DNA of 64,000 nt from contig CAWIPM010000009.1 of the NCBI GenBank assembly GCA_963838035.1, positions 40,229-104,228 of the forward strand, in the 5' to 3' direction. Within the stretch, counting starts at the first letter, position 1, and every line of letters starts with the position of its first letter. Shown here piece after piece: positions 59,002 through 64,000 of this stretch. Below the pieces are notes generated by a model. It was not told the DNA's origin. It ran no database searches and saw only the letters and a program-made list of their open reading frames with translations. Made by a program: the position numbers and the translations under genes. The DNA comes from an uncultured Solirubrobacterales bacterium. GTDB taxonomy: Bacteria; Actinomycetota; Thermoleophilia; Solirubrobacterales; 70-9.

Positions 59002-60407
59002 GCGAGCGTGAATCCCAGGTGGGCCGCCTCAAGCACTTCCGCCTGGCGCTGGCCCGGCAGGCGCGCGGCCACGGCAAAGACACGGTCGCGATCGTCGTCC
59101 TCACCTTCCTCGGCATCGTGATGATGCTGGGGATCTTCGTTCAGCAGAAAGCCTCGCTGCCGTCCTGGATCCCCGTGGTCGGCGAAAGCTTCGACCACAT
59201 CACCGCCGAGTTCACCACCGCCCAGGCGGTCACCCCGGGGCAGGGCCAGGCCGTCGACATCGCCGGCATCCAGGTCGGCAAGATCACCTCCGTCGACCTC
59301 GAAGAAGGCCACGCCGTCGTGGGCATGGACATCGAGCCCAAGTACATGAAGCTGATCCACCCCGACGCGACCCTGTTGCTGCGGCCGAAGACCAACCTCA
59401 ACGACATGGTGATCGAGGTCTCGCCTGGAACCGGCCGGGGGCATATCGAAAGCGGCGACAACATCCCCCTCTCCCGCACCCAACCGAATGTCAACCTGGA
59501 CGCCTTCCTCGCCACCCTCGACACCGACACCCAGCGCTACCTGCAGCTGCTGGTGGCCGGCGGCGCGCAGGGAATCGGCGGCCGTGGCCGCCAGCTTTCC
59601 GGCGTCTTCCGCCGGCTTGAGCCCTTCTCCCATTACCTGGCCAAACTCAATGGCGCCGTCGCCAAACGCCATGTCGCGCTTGCCCGCGTTATCCACGACT
59701 TCGGCCTGCTCACCACCGAACTCGGCCGCCACGACGCCGAGATCAAGCGCTTCGTCACCTCCTCCGACGCGGCCCTCGGCAACTTCGCCAACCAGCAACA
59801 ATCGATTCAGGAAGCGCTGCGCGAGTTCCCGGCGACCCTGCAGGCCGCTCGAGCGGGCTTCGCCAGCGCCGACCGCTTCTCGACCGCGGCCCGCCCGGCG
59901 CTCTTCGGCCTGATTCCCCAGGCCCAGGCGCTCTCGCCGGCCTTCACCGCGACCGAGCGCTTCTTCAAGCAGACGACCGCTCCGATCCGCGACCAGATCC
60001 GGCCCTTCACCCGTCAGATACGCCCGGTGCTGACCCACACGGCCGAAGGCTCTTCTTCCTTGAAGAAGACGGTCACCGGCTTCGGCAACTCGCTCGGGGC
60101 GTTCAACTCGTTCCTCAACGAGCTCGCCTACAAGCCGAAGGGCTCGAAGCAGAGCTACCTCTTCTACCTGCCGTGGCTTAACCACGACCTCAACGCGACC
60201 TTCAACCTCCAGGACGGGGGCGGGCCCGTTGGCCGGGGACTCGTCATGGTCACCTGCAACTCGTCGACCCTCGCCTTCGGGTTCGCCGGCGTCAGACCCT
60301 TCCTGAAGACGCTGCTCGATGCCGCCCGGGTTCCCCGGCCGCATGAACTTCCAGAAGTGCACGATCCCGAAAACCCTCAGGCCACCTGCGGACCGGAAAG
60401 CAAATGA
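58998..60407 (+). CDS. Mce/MlaD-domain protein 5 of 6
   Basis: Starts at the ATG at 58998 with an ATGA overlap. TM helix VAIVVLTFLGIVMMLGIFV, then VDIAGIQVGKITSV...LLRPKTNLNDMVIEVSPG. Confidence 0.85.
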   Translation: MSERESQVGRLKHFRLALARQARGHGKDTVAIVVLTFLGIVMMLGIFVQQKASLPSWIPVVGESFDHITAEFTTAQAVTPGQGQAVDIAGIQVGKITSVDLEEGHAVVGMDIEPKYMKLIHPDATLLLRPKTNLNDMVIEVSPGTGRGHIESGDNIPLSRTQPNVNLDAFLATLDTDTQRYLQLLVAGGAQGIGGRGRQLSGVFRRLEPFSHYLAKLNGAVAKRHVALARVIHDFGLLTTELGRHDAEIKRFVTSSDAALGNFANQQQSIQEALREFPATLQAARAGFASADRFSTAARPALFGLIPQAQALSPAFTATERFFKQTTAPIRDQIRPFTRQIRPVLTHTAEGSSSLKKTVTGFGNSLGAFNSFLNELAYKPKGSKQSYLFYLPWLNHDLNATFNLQDGGGPVGRGLVMVTCNSSTLAFGFAGVRPFLKTLLDAARVPRPHELPEVHDPENPQATCGPESK

Positions 60408-61960
60408 GCAAGCGCGCGCCAAGCACAACCCAACTCCTGGTCATCGTCGGCTTCGCGCTGTCCTGCTTCGCCATCCTGCTCTTCCTCTGGGTCACGTTCG
60501 GCGGGCCGACTCCTTTCAAGGCGAAGCCCTACCAGGTCAAGATCCCCTTCAACGAGGCGACCCAGCTGGCGGAACAGTCAGACGTGCGGATCTCCGGCGT
60601 CTCGGTCGGCAAGGTCCAGAACATCGCGCTTGCCCCGAACGGCAAGCAGGCCTTGGCGACGATCGACGTCGACAATAAGTACGGGCCGCTGCCCAGGTCG
60701 ACCAGGGCGATCCTTCGCACCAAGACGCTGCTTGGCGAGACCTACGTCGAACTGACCCCCGGCAACCGCAACGGGCCGAAGCTGGCGGACGGCGCAACGC
60801 TGCCGACGGCGAACGTGGCGCAGTCGGTCCAGCTCGACGAGATCTTCCGCACCTTCGACGCGCGGACGCGCGCGGCCTTCCAGACCTGGATGCAGGAATC
60901 CGCGGTCGCGATCGCGGGTCGCGGCCAGGACTTCTCCAACGCGCTGGGCGAGTTCGAACCGACCTTCACCGAATTCGACAAGCTGTTCCGCGTCCTCGAC
61001 ACCCAGCGCCTCGCGGTCAGCCAGCTCTTCCGCAACGGCGCCGTCAGCCTACGGGCTCTGCGCGGCGGCGAAGGCCAGCTGGCGAGCCTGATCCGCAACT
61101 CCAACGCTGTCTTCACCACCACCGGGCAGCGCGATCGAGACATCGAAGCGCTCTTCCGCGCCTTCCCGACCTTCCTCGACGAGTCGAAGGCGACGCTGAC
61201 CCGGCTCAAAGCCTTCGCGCTCGACACCGACCCGACCGTGCGCCAGCTCGTCCCCGCCGCCGAACAGCTCTCGCCGACCCTGATCGCCTTCTCGCGCCTT
61301 GCTCCGCAGGCGAAGGGATTCTTCGAAGGCCTCGAAACGGTGATCGCCGGCGCTCCGACCGGCTTCCCAGCCGTCCGCAAGCTCTTCCGCGACCAGTTCC
61401 CGCCGCTGCTGCGGGCGCTTGACCCATTCCTCCGCAACCTCAACCCGATCCTCACCGGCCTCGGGCTCTACAAGCATGAGATCACGGGCGTGCTTGGCAA
61501 CGTCGCGGCGGCCACCAACGCGGTATTGCCGACCGAAAACTCAAATGGTGAAAAGTTCCACTACCTGCGGGCGATGGGGCCGCTGAACCCGGAATCGCTG
61601 GCCACATTCAACCGGCGCCTCACGATCAACCGCAACAGCGCCTACAGCCCACCGCTCTGGGCGAAGGACCTGGCGGGCGGGCTGCCCAGCTTCGAGACCA
61701 GGCAGTGCAGCTCGGGCATCACGGCCTCGCTCGATCCCGAAACTCCGAACAACCCCTCCTTCATCGCACGCACCAAGAAGGGCGAAGCGAAAGAAGCCGT
61801 CGAATTCTTCGAAAACCTGAAGAAGTACGCGTTCGCAGAACAGACCGACTCCAGCTCGATCCCCGCCCCCGGCTGCGCCCAGCAGGCTCCGTTCAGCCCG
61901 ATCGGCAAGCCCGGCTCCGCGACGACCTACCAGCACACCTTCGCCCAGCAGGGCGAATAG
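60404..61960 (+). CDS. Mce/MlaD-domain protein 6 of 6
   Basis: ATGA overlap with the preceding gene. TM helix LLVIVGFALSCFAILLFLWV, then VRISGVSVGKVQNI...ILRTKTLLGETYVELTPG. Confidence 0.85.
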   Translation: MSKRAPSTTQLLVIVGFALSCFAILLFLWVTFGGPTPFKAKPYQVKIPFNEATQLAEQSDVRISGVSVGKVQNIALAPNGKQALATIDVDNKYGPLPRSTRAILRTKTLLGETYVELTPGNRNGPKLADGATLPTANVAQSVQLDEIFRTFDARTRAAFQTWMQESAVAIAGRGQDFSNALGEFEPTFTEFDKLFRVLDTQRLAVSQLFRNGAVSLRALRGGEGQLASLIRNSNAVFTTTGQRDRDIEALFRAFPTFLDESKATLTRLKAFALDTDPTVRQLVPAAEQLSPTLIAFSRLAPQAKGFFEGLETVIAGAPTGFPAVRKLFRDQFPPLLRALDPFLRNLNPILTGLGLYKHEITGVLGNVAAATNAVLPTENSNGEKFHYLRAMGPLNPESLATFNRRLTINRNSAYSPPLWAKDLAGGLPSFETRQCSSGITASLDPETPNNPSFIARTKKGEAKEAVEFFENLKKYAFAEQTDSSSIPAPGCAQQAPFSPIGKPGSATTYQHTFAQQGE

Positions 61961-61988
61961 AAAGGGCGGCCCGAAGGCCGCCCTTTCT
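61959..61988. terminator. 13-bp GC-rich hairpin, candidate bidirectional intrinsic terminator between the mce operon and paralog C
   Basis: AGAAAGGGCGGCC-cgaa-GGCCGCCCTTTCT forms a perfect stem. It starts inside the mce6 stop codon and has only a short T-run on either side. Confidence 0.6.
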
Positions 61989-62029
61989 CCCCTTGCCCGT
62001 GCTGAGGAAAGACCGCTGGGTAAGCCGCC

Positions 62030-62812
62030 CTAGCCCTTCGGCGTGCAGGGCACGACGATCGCGCCGTGGAGCCTGTTGTTGTTCCTGAAGACGGCTTCAC
62101 CGGTGGCGTTGAGGTGCCCGTCTGGGCACTTGGCGAGGAAGTAGCTCTGCTTCTTGCCCTTGTTGGTGAACAGCCGGTGGAGGGTGAGGCTGAAGCTGGA
62201 CACCGAGCCCTGCCCTCCGACGATGACCGGGACCGAGGCGACCGCATGCTCTCCGTAGCGGCCTTTGTGCTCCTTTTTGATTTTCACCGTGGTGACCACC
62301 GCCGACGGCGCCGGCACCGAGACGAAGGCGTGGATGAAGATCGTCGTCACCCCGCCCTTGATACCGCCGTTGAAGGCGAGCAGCTTGCTGGTCACGGGGA
62401 TCGGCGCCTGTTCTGCGAAGTAGATCACCAGGTGCGTCGTGCCCTGGCCGACGATGGAGTCCTTGCAGACCGCTTCCGCGCTCTTGGAGTCCCGCGCCTC
62501 CAGCTGGCCCGCCTTACAGGTCGCGAGGCCCTGTGGGTTGACAGCTCCGTTCTTGTCGACGTCGGTGATGACTTCCTTCAGCGCCGGCGTCGGGGAGCCG
62601 TCGGTCGTGGTGAGGCCGGCGCTCGCAGTTAGAGAGACCGGCGCAAGCGTCTTCTTCGGCAGCGCCTTCGGTGAGATCTTGCCGCTGAAGCTGAGCTGCA
62701 GGTTCCCCAGTCGCACGGTGGCTTTGGAGCCGTTGCCTGCTACTGCCGCCGCCGCTGCGACGAGCGCGACTACTGCGCCAAGTGCGAATACCAACGTCAA
62801 ACGTTTGCGCAT
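62030..62812 (-). CDS. secreted four-cysteine protein, paralog C
   Basis: Signal peptide MRKRLTLVFALGAVVALVAAAAAVA. Motifs GLATC, FNG, VPVIVGGQGSVS, QSYFLAKC and C-terminal CTP. The ATG at 62812 is preferred to the track start at 62899. Confidence 0.6.
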   Translation of the reverse strand: MRKRLTLVFALGAVVALVAAAAAVAGNGSKATVRLGNLQLSFSGKISPKALPKKTLAPVSLTASAGLTTTDGSPTPALKEVITDVDKNGAVNPQGLATCKAGQLEARDSKSAEAVCKDSIVGQGTTHLVIYFAEQAPIPVTSKLLAFNGGIKGGVTTIFIHAFVSVPAPSAVVTTVKIKKEHKGRYGEHAVASVPVIVGGQGSVSSFSLTLHRLFTNKGKKQSYFLAKCPDGHLNATGEAVFRNNNRLHGAIVVPCTPKG

Positions 62813-62958
62813 GTCCCTAAATCTCTCCTTTGAAGCCGGCCGTCCAGCGCCGAGCGGTTGAATGCTTGTCATCCCTCCAAGCGACAAAAGTAGCAACATC
62901 AGCCATCGAATAAACCCGGCAATTCACAAAAAAGAGCGCCTTAACAAGGGCAGAAGAG

Positions 62959-63648
62959 CTAGCTCTCGAGCATTGAGAGCCGAATCCGCTCGCGCTCCGC
63001 GGCGGCGCGCTCCGCACCCAGGAAGGGCAGGGCGACCCAGAACATCAGGTCGGGCAGGCGGCTCGGCAGCCGCGCCGCCGACCCATGCAGGATCTCGCTG
63101 TAGAGCAGCTCGTTTATCCCTCCGGCAAGCGAGAGGGACGTGATCCCCGGCAGCTCGACTGAGGTTTCGGCCCGTCCGGCATCGAGAAACCCGGTGAACT
63201 GCCGCAGCGCGGCATCGCGGCGGGCCAGGGCTTTGGGGCCTGCCGCAAGCACCTCGACGATTGCAAACCGGCCCTCGTCCGGGTGCTCGGCGAGATGGTC
63301 GAGCAGTGCTCCGAGGCCCGCGGCAACACGCTCCGCCCAGGGCGCTCCGGGCTTCGACTCGAAGCCACGCGCGGTGTCGCCGATCAGGTTGTCGAGCAGC
63401 ACGTCATAGGCGGCCAGGAAACAGTCCTCCTTGCTCGTGAACAGCTCGTAGAACGTCTTTCTGGACACCCCGGCGACGGTGATCACGTCAACCACCCGCG
63501 TATCCGGGTAGCCGCGCTCGGAGACGACCTCGACCATCGCCTGGTGGATGCGGTTGCGCTGGGATTCCGCCACGGCCTCCCGCGGTAACCCGTGCCGGCC
63601 CCTGGGCAGCCGCTCGCCAGACCTAGCTGGGCGTCTACCTGTAGCCAC
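62959..63648 (-). CDS. TetR/AcrR family transcriptional regulator
   Basis: The N-terminal HTH is RNRIHQAMVEVVSERGYPDTRVVDVITVAGVSRKTFYELFTSKEDCF. Confidence 0.85.
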   Translation of the reverse strand: MATGRRPARSGERLPRGRHGLPREAVAESQRNRIHQAMVEVVSERGYPDTRVVDVITVAGVSRKTFYELFTSKEDCFLAAYDVLLDNLIGDTARGFESKPGAPWAERVAAGLGALLDHLAEHPDEGRFAIVEVLAAGPKALARRDAALRQFTGFLDAGRAETSVELPGITSLSLAGGINELLYSEILHGSAARLPSRLPDLMFWVALPFLGAERAAAERERIRLSMLES

Positions 63649-63685
63649 CCCGAGACTGTAGAGCAGAGAGCCGAAAAACTCGCGG

Positions 63686-64000
63686 TTACTCGATCCAGAC
63701 GACCTGTTCTCGGTCGGGTCCCACGCCCACCAGGCGGATCGGGACGCCGGCGAAATCTGTGATCAAGCGCAGGTAGTCGCGCGCCTCCTGCGGAAGGTCC
63801 GCCTCGCGGCGGGCCCCCGAGATGTCGCCTTCGAAGCCGGGCATGTCCTCGTACTCGGGCTGGGCCGAGTGCAGGATCGACTGGTGGTAGGGGAAGCGAT
63901 CGAGGACCGCCCCCTCCTTGGAGCGGTAGCGGACGGCGGCCCGCAGGGTGGGCAGGCCGCTGAGCACGTCGAGCTTGGTGATCGCCAGTGCGCTCATCCG
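63686..64000 (-). CDS. purA: adenylosuccinate synthetase, C-terminal part; 5' end outside window
   Basis: ITKLDVLSGL...YEDMPGFEGDISGARREADLPQEARDYLRLITDFAGVPIRLVGVGPDREQVV matches the PurA C-terminus. Confidence 0.85.
   Translation of the reverse strand, partial: RMSALAITKLDVLSGLPTLRAAVRYRSKEGAVLDRFPYHQSILHSAQPEYEDMPGFEGDISGARREADLPQEARDYLRLITDFAGVPIRLVGVGPDREQVVWIE

Noticed and set aside
62955-62966. 12-bp perfect palindrome AGAGCTAGCTCT at the TetR stop codon as a TetR operator
   Set aside because: With equal base frequencies, roughly 64000/4096 (about 15) perfect 12-bp palindromes are expected by chance in a window this size. The palindrome is short for a TetR operator, and I saw no second copy near the mce or MMPL promoters.

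Overview
Very GC-rich chromosomal segment (GC not computed) covering the replication-origin neighbourhood of an actinobacterium-like organism. Taxonomy is inferred from gene content only. About 65 features are supported.

Describe, in window order:
- 3-24 kb, mostly minus strand: the actinobacterial cell-wall and signalling cluster fhaA-fhaB-pstP-rodA-pbpA-pknB with a ddl gene and two further Hanks-type kinases. Then a plus-strand block (hypothetical, pheA, HNH nuclease), followed by gyrA-gyrB-dciA-recF-dnaN-dnaA.
- From 24 kb, plus strand: rpmH-rnpA-yidD-yidC-jag-rsmG-parA-parB and tRNA-Ile.
- 29-47 kb, housekeeping: a second ddl coupled to an aminotransferase, ymdB, an ABC exporter, hemB/ahbAB-like/hemL, a Bacillus-type split qcrABC, menG, a polyprenyl synthase and tatAC.
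- 48-63.6 kb, the one accessory-looking region: an MMPL transporter with a long heptad-repeat periplasmic insert, six translationally coupled mce genes with no yrbE/mlaE permease genes, three paralogous secreted four-cysteine proteins on the opposite strand that bracket these units, and a TetR regulator.

Hunt, main observations:
- Four single-extra-base frame disruptions all fall between 47.6 and 57.8 kb. I saw no frame break in any other gene.
- Both spacers flanking dnaA are too short for a typical oriC.
- There is a one-mismatch parS-like site.
- fhaA has a conserved N-terminus with no canonical start codon.
- gyrB carries a proteobacterial-type long insertion.

No CRISPR array, rRNA, transposase or integrase was recognised. 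Many long ORFs in the track are antisense or out-of-frame shadows typical of high-GC DNA and were not called.
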